Shown one piece after another: positions 11,080 through 26,464 of a stretch of DNA of 64,000 bases. The position numbers and the translations under genes are program-made. Origin of the DNA: the human T2T-CHM13v2.0 reference genome, Homo sapiens; NCBI RefSeq assembly GCF_009914755.1, contig NC_060947.1; one strand, 5' to 3'. Each line of letters starts with the position of its first letter. The first letter of the stretch is position 1. A model generated the notes under the pieces. The model made no database searches and was not told the DNA's origin. It saw only the letters and a program-made list of their open reading frames with translations.

Positions 11080-14045
11080 CTCCATAAGTGAACATTCGGC
11101 TCACCCTCCACATCCCTGCAGATGTGCTAGCTATTCTGTTATGGTACTGGTATCCAATCTTGTCACTTATTCCCCAAATCATTCCCTTCTCATAATTTTC
11201 TAGGGTACAGCATTGAGGTTGAATGACGAGATTTTCCATGCTCTTTCTACTGCCTGCCCTATATATCCAGGGATCCTCCCTACCCCGGATGCTGTGGGTT
11301 CCCAAACCCCAGGTCAGCACTGATATGCAGGCCACACCTTCCTCTAGCCTAGGAATAGATAACCCAGGCAAGGAAGTCACTGTGGCATGAGCAGATGGTT
11401 CACTTCGAGGAACCGTGGAAGCCATGTGCAGGTCCTGGGGTAGGACAGAATCAGAGTGTGCAGGGTCTGCAGGACAGGAGGAGTTGAGATTGAGTTGCCA
11501 CGTGGTGGGAACTCACTGCCACTTATTTCCTTCTCTCTTCTTGCCTCAGCCTCGGGGATACGACACATGCCCATGATGAGAAGCAGAATGTGGTGACCTT
11601 TCACGAACATGGGCATGGCTGCGGACCCCTCGTCATCAGGTGCATAGCAAGTGAAAGCAAGTGTTCACAACAGTGAAAAGTTGAGCGTCATTTTTCTTAG
11701 TGTGCCAAGAGTTCGATGTTAGCATTTCCGCTGTATTTTCTTGCAGTGTGCCATTCTGCTAGCTATTAGTGTTTTCATTGATGAGCAAGACGTAATGCAT
11801 ATTTCGGTCTGTGTATCCATGCACCTATCTCAGAAAAGAAGTATTGTCAGGTATTCTCTCCATAGAACAGCACTACCCTCCTCTCTCCCCAGATGTGACT
11901 ACTGAGGGGAGGTCTGAGTGTTTAATTTCAGATTTTTTCCTCTGCATTTACACACCACACACACACACACACCAAGTACCAGTAAAAGGATCTCCCATCT
12001 GCTTTTCTCCATTGCCATGCATCCTGGTCAAGCCCCCCTCACTCTGTTTCCTGTTCAGCATGTACTCCCCTCATCCGATTCCCCTCTATCAGTCACTGCC
12101 AGTTAATAAACCTTTGCAAACGTTCCCCAGTTGTTTGCTCCTCTCGTTGTGCACACAGCTCTGTGCACGTGTGTGAATATTTCTTTAGGAAAGATTCTTA
12201 GAAGTGGAATTGCTGTGTCAAAGGAGTCATTTATTCAACAAAACCCTAATGAGTGTGTCCTCGTGCTGAGCGCTGTTCTAGGTGCTGGAGAGACCTTGGG
12301 GAACAAGGCAGACAGATGTTCCTGACCACCATTCTAGAGGAGGATGTCTCCAGTTGTTTGTTTGTTTGTTTCTAGAGACAGGGTCTTGCTCTGTCCAGGC
12401 TGAAGTGCAGGGGGATGATCATAGCTCAATGCAACCTTGAACTCCTGGGATCAAGTGATCCTCCCACCTTGGCCTCCTAAAGTGCTGTGATTACAGGCAT
12501 GAGCCACTGCACCTGGCCTCCAGTTTTTATTTTGATAGAGACTATACACTTCAGTCCTGGAGCAGGATTCTGCAGCAGGTGGTTGGGAATCTTGGCCTTC
12601 TCTCTCTGAACGATTTTTGCATTCTAGGGCTGGGACGGTCCATTTGGGAGTATGTGGGAGGAGACACAGATGAAATCGTCATCTGGGGAACGTGGAGGAA
12701 TGAGGAATATGCATGCACTGTAGACCCTGTGATGGCCAGGGAATAGAAGAGTCCACTTAGTCTCCCTGCAAAGGAGCAACGGTGGGAAAGTCCCCTTGAC
12801 AGAAGCATGAGACTGCCCATCAAGAGTCTCACCACCCAAGGGCCTGGGGGCTGGGGTGGGGACGATGATTTGGGAATGGGACAGTTCTTCCTGACATGTA
12901 CCATTGCATGGTGCAGAGGTGAAACAGTTGTGGGGAAGGAAGAGCAAAGGGGAGTCCATTTTAGAACAAACCAGTGTGTGTGAATGAAGACATTAAAGCT
13001 CCATTCACACACAACAGACTTGAAACACCAGCCCCAGGTGGAGGCAGGATTGGAGCTGTTTTGACCATTCATACCCCATCACCTTGGCCTCCTGGTTCTC
13101 CCCAGCCTTGGAAGGAGGACACTATCATCATTATGCCTATATGATAGATGAGAGACAGAGTCCAGACAGATGGTAGGCATCTTGTCACAGGTCCTACAGC
13201 TGGCAGGTGCAGGAGGAGCTGAGTTTGGATCTCACTGACTTCAGAAACATTAAGGAGGACAGGTGTGTGTGGTGGAGGGAGGAGGAATTGAACAAGCCCC
13301 GGGCTCTGTCCCCAATCACAATGTAAAGGCTGTGGGTTCCTTTACCCAAGACAAGGAGCCCTAGGAGAGAGAGAGAGCAGGGAGGGAGAGGCAATCGTGG
13401 TCATAGTGGGGACAGTGGGAGACAGAGATATGCAGCGTGGGCAGAAGAGAGGCAGGCAAAGAAGCAGGGGATACCCAAGGCCACGTGTGGGCTGTCACAG
13501 CCACCAGAGGGAGAGGGTGCCAGGAAGGAAGTTGTGGGGCTCCAGGAGCAACAGAGGTTCCCCAGATCTGTGAGCATGCCCTACCTGGCACTTCAGGAAG
13601 AGGTGGCTTCCACCCAGGTCAGTGTGGACGTACCTCTACCTGTGTCTCAGAGGAAACAAATTCTATTTTATCCCAATGTAGTTCTATATGACACAAATGT
13701 AGCATTCAGCTACTAGATATCGAGTGCCTTATCCTCCATGTAAATACAGCAGAGGATACCCTAAAAGAGATACTGAAGGTTTTGATTTTTCTTTCTCCCT
13801 GGGAAGATGGGATCCATAAGTTGGGTCCCCCAGCCCACAAGACAGGTGCCAGGAAGGGTAGCTGGAAGATTGTGAGTTATGACAGGGAACATTTTTCCTT
13901 AGGTTCCATGGGTATATAAAGCTCCAGACTATCTGTCTGTCATGGATAGATGAAGAGTGAACATGGTCCCCTCTCCACAAATGTGTTTCTCTCCTTCATT
14001 ACTACTGTAAAGGGCTGAAGTTACACCAAGTTTTGATACATTACT

Positions 14046-14562
14046 TTTTGGGAGCAAGCCCCCCAAAATCTGGCCATAAACTGGCCCCAAAACTGGCCAT
14101 ATAGAAAATCTCTGCATCACTGTAACATGTTCATAATGGCCCTAACGCCCAAGCTGGAAGGTTGTGGATTTACTGGAATGAGAGCAAGGAACAGCTGGCC
14201 TGCCCAGGACGGAAAAACGCTTAAAGGCGTTCTTAAGCCACAAACGATAGCATGAGTGATCTGTGCCTTAAGGACATGCTCCTGCTGCAGTTAACTAGCC
14301 AAATCTATTCCTTTCATTCGGCCCATCCCTTCATTTCCCATAAGTGATATTTTTAGTTAATCGTATATCTATAGAAACAATGCTAATGAGTGCTTTGCTG
14401 TTAATAAATAGGTGGGTAAATCTCTGTTCCAGGCTCTCAGCTCTTAAAGCTGTAAGATCCCTGATTTCCCACTTCACACCTCTATATTTCTGTGTGTGTG
14501 TCTTTAATTCCTCTAGCGCTGCTGGGTTAGTTATGGTCTCCCCAACCGAGCTGTTCTCGGCA
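14046..14562 (+). mobile_element. MER9 solo LTR (HERV-K9/HML-3)
   Basis: GGGAGCAAGCCCCCCAAAATCTGGCCATAAACTGG...CCGAGCTGTTCTCGGCA; 6-bp TSD ATTACT/ATTAAT; absent from the paralogous site near 62385. Confidence 0.88.
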
Positions 14563-15535
14563 ATTAATTTTTTGGGTTTTTGTGAGACAAGATAGTGCTC
14601 TGTTGCCCAGGCTGGAATGCAGTGGTGCAATTACAGCTCACTGCAGCCTGGATCTCCAAAGCTCAAGGGATTCTCCCACTTCTGCTTCCTAACTAGCTGG
14701 GATTACAGGCACAGGCCACCACACCCAGCTAATTTTTGTATTTTTTGTGGAGATGGGATCCCACTATGTTGCCCAGGCTTGTCTCGATCTCCTGGCCTCA
14801 GCAATCCTCCTGCCTCAGCCTCCCAAAGTGCTGGGATGACAAGTGTGAGCCACCTCGCCAGGCCTTCACTTTCTTTAATGAACAATTATCAGAGTTTCAT
14901 CTTAGAGGCAAAAGTGGCTACTGCCAGCCAATCTGAGTGTGGTGTTGGAGTGGAATCTCGCTGATTCAGATGTTTCTAATGAACTTTTAAATACCTGATG
15001 ATTATCCTAAGGCCCTTTCCAGCTCCGTGTTTTATTGATTCAGAGTTTGGAGTTTTTCAGAGGCTTTGTTACAAAGAGCATCTCCTGACTGGGCGCAGTG
15101 ACCCATGTTGTAATCCCAGCACTTTGGGAGGCCAAGGCAGGCAGATCACTTGAGGTCAGGAGTTCGAGAACAGCCTGGCCTACATGGCAAAACCCCCGTC
15201 TCTACTAAAAATATAAAAATTAGCCGGCCGTAGTGGCGGGCGCCTGTGAATCCCAGTTACTGTGAGGACTGAGGCAAGAGAATCACTTGAACCTGGGAGA
15301 CAGACCCTGCAGTGAGCTGAGATCAAGCCACTGCACTCCAGCCTGAGCAACAGAGTAAGTCTCTGTCTCAAAAAGCAAACAGCATCTCTTTATTACAGTG
15401 ATTTGAGCTGTGGTCTTGTCTCCTTGGGTTTCTCTATCAGTCTGATCCCAACTACTCTATCTCCCAGGAATGCCTCAATATTTCTGGTGGACCACTGACA
15501 CGTTTTCCTATTTCCCTCTACTGTTAAGAATTGAC

Positions 15536-15846
15536 GGCCAGGCGCAGTGGCTCATATCTGTAATTCCTGCACTTTGGGAGGCTGAGGTGGGCGGATCACA
15601 AGGTCAGGAGATCGAGATCATCCTGGCTAACACAGTGAAACCCTGTCTCTACTAAAAAATACAAAAAAAAATTAGCCGGGTGTGGTGGCGGGCACCTGTA
15701 ATCCTAGCTACTGAGGAGGCTGAGGCAGGACAATGGCATGAACCCAGGAGGCAGAGCTTGCAGTGAGCCGGGATTGCACCACTGCTCTCCAGCCTGGACG
15801 ACAGAGCAAGACTCTGTCTCAAAAAAAAAAAAAAAAAAAAAAAAGA
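15536..15846 (+). mobile_element. AluY-like element carrying the SVA in its tail
   Basis: GAGATCGAGATCATCCTGGCTAACAC and GCAGAGCTTGCAGTG diagnostics; TSD AAGAATTGAC at 15526-15535 and 17532-17541. Confidence 0.85.
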
Positions 15847-17531
15847 GCTCTCCCTCTCCCTCTCCCTCTCCCTCCCCCTCCCCTCCCCCTCCCCCTCCCC
15901 CTCTCCCTCTCCCCACGGTCTCCCTCTCCCTCTCTTTCCATGGTCTCCCTCTGATGCCGAGCCGAAGCTGGACTGTACTGCTGCCATCTCGGCTCACTGC
16001 AACCTCCCTGCCTGATTCTCCTGCCTCAGCCTGCCGAGTGCCTGTGATTGCAGGCTCGCGCCGCCACGCCTGACTGGTTTTAGTATTTTTTTGGTGGAGA
16101 CGGGGTTTCGCTGTGTTGGCCGGGCTGGTCTCCAGCTCCTAGCCTCAAGTGATCCGCCAGCCTCGGCCTCCCGAGGTGCCGGGATTGCAGATGGAGTCTC
16201 GTTCACTCAGTGCTCAATGTTGCCCAGGCTGGAGTGCAGTGGCGTGATCTCGGCTCGCTACAACCTCCACCTCCCAGCCGCCTGCCTTGGCCCCCCAAAG
16301 TGCCGAGATTCCAGCCTCTGCCCGGCCGCCACCCCATCTGGGAAGTGAGGAGCGTCTCTGCCTGGCCGCCCATCGTCTGGGATGTAAGGAGCCCCTCTGC
16401 CTGGCCGCCCAGTCTGGAAAGTGAGGAGCGTCTCTGCCCGGCCTCCATCCCATCTAGGAAGTGAGGAGCGCCTCTTCCCGGCCGCCATCCCATCTAGGAA
16501 GTGAGGAGCGTCTCTGCCCGGCCACCCATCGTCTGAGATGTGGGGAGCGCCTCTGCCCCGCCGCCCCGTCTGGGATGTGAGGAGACCCTCTGCCTGGCAA
16601 CCGCCCCGTCTGAGAAGTGAGGAGCCCCTCTGCCTGGCAGCCACCCTGTCTGAGAAGTGAGGAGCCCCTCCGCCCGGCAGCCACCCCATCTGGGAAGTGA
16701 GGAGCGTCTCCGCCCGGCAGCCGCCCCGTCCGGGAGGGAGGTGGGGGGGTCAGCCCCCCGCCCGGCCAGCCGCCCCGTCCGGGAGGTGTGGGGCACCTCT
16801 GCCAGGCCGCCCCTACTGGGAAGTGAGGAGCCCCTCTGCCTGGCCAGCTGCCCCGTCCGGGAGGGAGGTGGGGAGGTCAGCCCCCCGCCCGGCCAGCCAC
16901 CCCGTCCGGGAGGTGAGGGGCGCCTCTGCCCGGCCGCCCCTACTGGGAAGTGAGGAGCCCCTCTGCCCGGCCACCACCCCGTCTGGGAGGTGTACCCAGC
17001 AGCTCATTGAGAACGGGCCATGATGACAATGGCGGTTTTGTGGAATAGAAAGGGGGGGAAGGTGGGGAAAAGATTGAGAAATCAGATGGTTGCCGTGTCT
17101 GTGTAGAAGGAAGTAGACATGGGAGACTTTTCATTTTGTTCTGTACTAAGAAAAATTCTTCTGCCTTGGGATCCTGTTGATCTGTGACCTTACCCCCAAC
17201 CCTGTGCTCTCTGAAACATGTGCTGTGTCCACTCAGGGTTAAATGGATTAAGGGCGGTGCAAGATGTGCTTTGTTAAACAGATGCTTGAAGGCAGCACGC
17301 TCGTTAAGAGTCATCGCCACTCCCTAATCTCAAGTACCCAGGGACACAAACACTGCGGAAGGCCGCAGGGTCCTCTGCCTAGGAAAACCAGAGACCTTTG
17401 TTCACTTGTTTATCTGCTGACCTTCCCTCCACTATTGTCCTATGACCCTGCCAAATCCCCCTCTGCGAGAAACACCCAAGAATGATCAATAAAAAAAAAA
17501 AAGAAATGAGAAAAAGAAAAAAAAAAAAAAA
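15847..17531 (+). mobile_element. Full-length SVA retrotransposon (C/D-like)
   Basis: (CCCTCT)n head, antisense Alu-like region, GC-rich VNTR about 16310-16990, SINE-R ending AAGAATGATCAATAAA, poly(A). Confidence 0.96.
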
Positions 17532-17738
17532 AAGAATTGACCCTTGAAAACATTTTCTCCCCAGTTCAATGGAATGTTGAGTGGGGCACGGGATCTATCT
17601 GCCATCTTGCTCCATTCATCTTGTTTTAGATATTTTATGTATATTTGTCACTATATAAGTGTAGTTTTTCTCAATTTGGTTTTGTAATTGGTTATTACAG
17701 GTATGTAGAAAACCTATCTATGATTGTATATAATATTT

Positions 17739-17781
17739 GTCTACGGCCATACCACCCTGAACATGCCCGATCTCGTCTGAT
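17739..17781 (+). pseudogene. Tailless 5S rRNA 5' fragment (43 nt)
   Basis: GTCTACGGCCATACCACCCTGAACATGCCCGATCTCGTCTGAT; TSD TGATTGTATATAATATTT at 17721-17738 and 17778-17795. Confidence 0.92.
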
Positions 17782-18796
17782 TGTATATAATATTTTGTTA
17801 CCTGTTTGGGTGCAGCTTCCCCTGCATTTTGGCACAAGACTCAATCTGTTTTATTCTGCAAAAGAAAACTGACAGCAGTGGCTTATGCCTGTAATCCCAG
17901 CACTTTGGTAGGCCAAGGCAGGTGGATCCCCTTAGGACAGGAGTTCAAGACCAGCCTGGCCAAGATGGTGAAACCCCATCTGTACTAAAAATACAAAAAA
18001 AAAAATTAGCCAGGCGTTGGTGGTGCATGCCTGTATTCTCAGCTACTAGGGCAGCTGAGGTGGGAGGATCACTTGAACTCGGGAGGTGGAGATTGAAGCG
18101 AGCCGAGATCGCCCCAGTGCACTCCAGCCCGGGAGACAGGGATTCTATCTCTAAATAAAAAAAGAAAAAGAAAAAAAGAAAATTCACTTCACAGGCAATA
18201 GACAGTTATAAAAGGATACTTTGTGGATGATTTCATAGGGGAGACTGATGGAAATAAAGGAAGTATATATTTTACAGAGCTGAGCAGTTCACTGCAAAAA
18301 TCAACAGAGCTGCCTTTTTCTCCAAAAATTTTACCCCTAAGCTATTCTACTACTGGTTCTTCTAGTCCTTCCCTCTATTCCAAATCCTCAAATTGTCCAT
18401 TTCCTTATTGGGATAATTTTCCTCTGCCCAGATCTGGGTCCTCCACATGTAACACTGTCTTCGGTGTTTGAATGTCCATTGTTTTAGGTCAGGTTCCCAA
18501 GGAAACAGAATTTGGGCCATTCCGGACACCTCTAGACAGACTATACTGAGAAACCATGCCTGGAATGGTGCAGGGGGAGAGGAGAGGAGAGGGAATTTAC
18601 ATACCTGGCTCTCACTCCTGGTTCCTTTTCTTATTGGTCAAAATTTACCCCACAGTCAGGCACTCTCCTACACTTCTAGATTGCATCATCTGCCCCTTTC
18701 ACAGCTGTCTGGAAAGCCAGATCCCACACTTTGAAGTGTAGTGTTTCATACAATACAAAAATGGTAGCAGAGGCCAGGTGCAGTGGCTCACGCCTA

Positions 18797-19168
<372 letters not shown>

Positions 19169-19673
19169 CTAAGTTCACCGAGTAATTGGAGTGCCCATCT
19201 GTGTTAATTAATTGCTTTTATCTGAAAGAAAAATAAAACTCATTTATCTATGACAAGCAGGTGCTTACAGCTTGGAGCAAGGCACCTAGGCTAAACTCGC
19301 CTGCTGACAAGGAGACAAGGACATCATGTTCCTCAAAGTTCACATTTCAAAGAGATGGCTCCAAGGCCCTGAAGAAAGACATTCCTAGGGAATGGGCGTG
19401 GTGGCTCATGCCTGTAATCCCAACACTTTGGGAGGCTGAGGCTGGAGGATCACTTGAGGCCTGGAGTTCAAGTTCAAGACATTCCTGGGTTCTAGGATGG
19501 CCAGAGGCTTACAGATCAAAGGAATAATTTACAAATACAAATTTTCTCAAGAAAATGCTCTAAGGAAAGTGAAATGGGGAAAGGTCTCTTCTTGCCCTTT
19601 TGGCAACAGGAAAAACTCAATTTATGTTTAGTTACCCTTAAAATTTCCCACTTTTGTTATTCTTTTATAGTAA

Positions 19674-20078
<405 letters not shown>

Positions 20079-20752
20079 TGAGCCACCACTCCCAGCCTAG
20101 AAAGAGTTTTTAAATTCAGTATAATACTCACCTTCTCGGGGCGGGGGACCTTTAAACACATCATACTGGTTAAATGCATCAAAGTCAAAATAAATTATAG
20201 AGACAAATCCCTAAATCAAATGCTGTATTTGGGAATCACAAAGTTGCAATTCAGGGCATACACACGGACTGCGGTGGTCTTCAGTATGTCCAACGAACAA
20301 ACAGAAGTTGGAAGCTTTATCAGAATGAAAAATGTTACATATTGTTTTGAAATGAGACTCATTGGCATGAGGCTTATTGGCACTGGAGAAGCTGGTTCGT
20401 TCGCACAATCAGCTTTCACATTCCCTCTTTTGATCAAGATCTTTCTTTGAAAACCTCACTGATCAGCCATCTTAAAGTGAGGCTTCATTGTTACTGCATG
20501 CCAGGATGGACCTGTGCCAGTTGTCTTTGTCCCATGTCAAGGGAAAGGTAAGGGAGTCTATATCAGGGACATGGGCCACATTTGAGCAAAAAAGAGGTCA
20601 GAAGGAAAAAAAAATTCAGGCAGATTTGTCTGGAGTTCAGCAACAAGTTCCATTTTATTAGTACCATCTGCATTAGCAATCATCTTGAAGCACTAGGCCA
20701 ACATTATCCTGTTGGGAGAACTGGCTTAACAAATATTACACAGACAAAATAA

Positions 20753-21124
<372 letters not shown>

Positions 21125-21305
21125 TGAGTAGCTGGGATTACAGGCACCCGCCACCACACCTGGCTAATTTTTTTGTTAATTTTCATAGACACCAGGTTTC
21201 ACCATGTTGGCGAGGCTCGTCTTGAACTCCTGACCTCAGGTGATCTACCTGCCTTGGCCTCCCAAAGTGCTGGGATTACAGGTGTGAGCCACCAGCCCGG
21301 CTCAA

Positions 21306-21592
21306 CCTAGGTTTTTAGATAAACCCAACCAATTGCCAACCAGAAAATTTTTAAATCTACCCATAAGCTGGAAGCCCCTGCTTCGAGTTGTCCTGCCTTT
21401 CTGGACCAAACCAATGTACTTCTTAAATGTATTTGACTGAGTCTCCATAAAATCTATAAAACCAAGCTGCACCCCAACCTCCTTGGGGAACTCAGGACCT
21501 CCTGAGGCTGTGTCATGGGCCATGGTCACTCCTATTTGGCTCAGATTAAGTCTCTTCAAGTGTTTTCCAGAGTTTGACTCTTTTCATCAGCA
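21306..21592 (+). mobile_element. MER4-family LTR 3' half
   Basis: CCTAGGTTTTTAGATAAACCCAACCAATTGCCAACCAGAAA...GAGTTTGACTCTTTTCATCAGCA continues the half at 25540. Confidence 0.75.
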
Positions 21593-21651
21593 GACTTCAG
21601 GAACAGAGCAGAATCTGTTTTTAGTAATTTTATGGGAAAAAGTTGGAACTA

Positions 21652-22041
<390 letters not shown>

Positions 22042-22629
22042 TTAGCAACATAATTTTTCTCTATATATTGATCGCTTAGGAATCTCAGATTTAAAAACCT
22101 CTTGAGGATAGAAAGTCAAACCAAGGCAGACCTTAGATTTCACCTACCTTTTTAAGGTTCCTGGGGCTGACAGAAAGTGACCGTTTTTATTCACCCACTC
22201 TAAAGCTAAAAACACTTGAAGTCAGGCATTCCATGCATTTTGATGAAAGCCTTGGTAATATAGCCAATGTTTTATTTTTTTTTTTTCTTTTTGAGACAGG
22301 GTCTTGCTCTGTCACCCAGGCTGGTGTGCAGTGATGAGATCTCAGCTCACTGCAGCCTGCACCTCCTGGGCTCAACCAGTTCTCCTGCCTCAGCCTCCTG
22401 AGTAGCTGGGATTACAGGCGTGTGACACCATGCCTGGCTAAATATTTTTGTATTTTTAGTAGATATGTGATTTCACCATGTTGGCCAGGTTGATCTCAAA
22501 CTCCTGACCTCGGGTGATCCACCTGCCTCAGCCTCCCACAGTGCTGGGATTATAGGCGCAAGCTACTGTGCCCTGCCCTATAACCAATGTTTTTAATTGT
22601 ATCCCTCTATAAAAAAAAGAGAGCAGAGA

Positions 22630-23271
22630 TTTTTTTGTTTGGTTTTTTGTTTGTTTGTTTGTGCTGAAAAAAAAAAAGTGGGCTAGGTTCAATGCCTCAC
22701 ACCTGTATTCCCAGAACTTTTGGAGGCCACTTTAGCCCAGGAGTTCAAGACCAACTTGGCCAACATAATGAGACAAAAAAAAAAAGGAAAAGAGAAAAGA
22801 AGAGAAGTATGGTTTTATTACTACCTGCAGGCAGGGCCTGCATGAGGTGGTAGGTGTGCTGGGCTCAGGGGACGTGTGGGCTGTAAGGAGATGGTGATGG
22901 TGAGGCTGGAAGGAAAGGGGGTGGCTTGGAAACCAGGCCCAAGGGATCCTCAGATCCGCTTCTTGGAATGGGAAGCCTTTAAAAAAGAGTCATGGTAAGC
23001 CACAGTCATGCCATCCATCAGATGCAGACATTCTTGGAAATCTAACTGCCCATCACTAGTGAGGTCCAGTTTCTTCATCAATGGTCAAAGACACTGGGGC
23101 CCTCTGGTTCTTCGTGAAGGCATCCAGTTCTCTATTCATGAAGCCTGGGAACTCCATCTTGGAGTGAATGCTATTGTAACCATCCTTTCCAGTCTATTTC
23201 TGGAAAACAGCAATCAGGGACTCTCTGTAGGGCTGGAGATTTTTGCCATGTTGGAGTTGAATGAGGCACCA
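22630..23271 (-). pseudogene. Processed S100A11 pseudogene
   Basis: ATG at 23249 reads MAKISSPTE, then (frameshifted) SLIAVFQK, GKDGYN, MKKLD..SDGQLDF, HDSFLKA; stop 22950-22952; AATAAA (minus) 22814-22819; decayed tail 22630-22665; approximate TSD AGAGCAG..TTTT; 16-nt deletion after codon 9. Confidence 0.92.
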
Positions 23272-23799
23272 AGAGCAGGTTTTTACTGGACCTGTGTAAA
23301 TAACCATATTGGCATAAGAATATTTCCAAATAGTTTTCAAATTCTGGAGGAATCGAGTAGAAAGAAAAAGCAAACATTTCCATCTTAGTTTACAAAAGTA
23401 TACTTTACAAAATTGTTATAAACTATAGATAATTTAACAGAGAACATTTTCTCTTTTTTTTCTTCATTTTTTTGAGAAAGGGTTGCACTCTGTTGCACAG
23501 GCTGAGTGCAGTGGTGCAAACACAGCTCCCTGCAACCTCTGCCTTTTGGATCAAGTGTTCCTCCCACCTCGGCCTCCCAAATAGCTGGGACCACCATGCC
23601 ACCATGCCCAGCTAATTTTTTTGCATTTTTTTGTAGAGACAGGGTTTTGCCATGTTGCCCAGACTCGTCTTGAACTCCGGGGCTCAAGCGATCTTCCCAC
23701 CTTGGCCTTCCAAAGTGAGCCACCACACCCCACCAGAAAATTTTCTTATATGTGGAAAACAAAACATTTAGGTAAAAAACAAAGTTTTTATTTTCTTAA

Positions 23800-23934
<135 letters not shown>

Positions 23935-24704
23935 TAAAGTTTTAAATAAAGGTCAAAAATACATTAACTTTATCAGTTATTTAGCCTCATGTAATTAATT
24001 TTTGTTCTGCTTGATCTTGATGATCAGTTGCATGAACCCATCAGTTTCTGTTAGAGTTTTGAAAAAAAAATTATTCAGTTCATTAATCTGAAAGTTATTA
24101 GAAATCTATATTCAACAGTACTTGTTAGAATCTTTTTTATGAATCTGATTCTAGCTGCCTTTAGAGAAGAATCAGCACTGCAGGTGAAAAAACTTAGAAT
24201 AGTGATGATTAAAATCTGATGAAAGTTCAATATCTGACAAGAAAGTTCAGCTATTTCTATTATATAGAGCATTTTAAGATAACAACCAGAATCATGACTG
24301 ATAGCATCACACCAGGACCATCAGACCACTGTAAATTTTGTATGATCTTCAGATCTATAAACATTAACATCAATAACATATCTACGTAAGTGTAAACATA
24401 TAATATTAACATCAATATCATATCTATATAAATGTAAACAGCAATTAGTATTATTTTATTATTTGACATTGCTTTTCATATAATCTAACATATCAAATAA
24501 GCCTAATGAGAGACACATTCTTTGAGGCTCTACAGGGGCCTCACTGGTAAAGCTCAAAGTCAATTTCAGGTTAAAAAGATTTAAGGGCCGGGCATGGTGG
24601 CTCACACCTGTAATCCCAGCACTTTGGGAGGCCAAGGCAGGTGGATCACGAGTTCAGGAGATCGAGACCATCTTGGCCAACATGGTGAAAACCCATTTCT
24701 ACTA

Positions 24705-24884
<180 letters not shown>

Positions 24885-25414
24885 CTAAATTAGAATTTGA
24901 TTAGTTTGTTCAACAGCAACGGATGAAACATAATTGGATATTGGGGAAGTTTGTCAAAGAGTTTAAAAAGCTCAAAACATTTGCTCAAAACAGGATCACG
25001 GGTCACTGTGAAATAATAGTCACTCATTTAGGGGCGCATGTTCTCAGGACCTCCTGAGGGCTGTGTCACAGGCCAAAAATAAATTCTAAAAAAAAAAGAA
25101 AAGAAAAAGGGAAAAAAGAAAATAGTCACTCATTTAACCAGATTGATAGTCAACAGACTTCAACAGCAATACAGGAAGTTACTTAAAAACATAACCCTTC
25201 CAAAGCTCAGTTTTCCTAAGCAATCAGAAACCTAATTAATAGGCTGGGCATGTCAGCTCACATCTGGAATCCCAGCACTTTGTGAGGCCGAGGCAGGTGG
25301 ATAACTTGAGGCCAGGAGCTCAAGACCAGCCTGAGCAACATGGTAAAACCCCATCTCTATTAAAAGGACAAAAAATTATCTGTGTGCCATGGCCTGCACC
25401 TGTGGTCCCAGCTA

Positions 25415-26155
<741 letters not shown>

Positions 26156-26464
26156 AATCCTGTAAGGTGAAACTGCATAAATTTTAAAGAACAAGTCTCA
26201 TGCCCGATGTATGGACCACACAAAAGGTTCACCAAACTGTCCCATGCCATAACCAGAGACATTCGAACAACAAATTAGGATGAGAAGTTCATGTTTCCAC
26301 ACTGTAAACAGCTTTTCCCAAGATGTCAGAATGTCTTCATGTCATAATGAGACTCTTACCCACTTAGTGTCTACATTTTTCACTTGACAGAACCTGACCC
26401 CCAAATGCTTTCCTTCACCTAGTGGTCCCTTTTATAGAGTTGGCACTCTGCTTTAATTCAACCC

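Noticed and set aside
12551-13072. 173-aa minus-strand ORF, also open in the SSX1 copy (60901..61254)
   Set aside because: The copies differ at many amino acids for few nucleotide changes, there is no recognisable domain and the start is not conserved; shared openness is expected in a recent duplication.
15652-17485. Cluster of overlapping GC-rich ORFs
   Set aside because: All lie in the SVA hexamer, Alu-like, VNTR or SINE-R regions.
15536-17531. Alu+SVA as a single 5'-transduction insertion
   Set aside because: An inner A(n)GA duplication around the SVA favours nested insertion; not fully excluded.
23008-23388. 126-aa plus-strand ORF
   Set aside because: Antisense reading of the S100A11 pseudogene.
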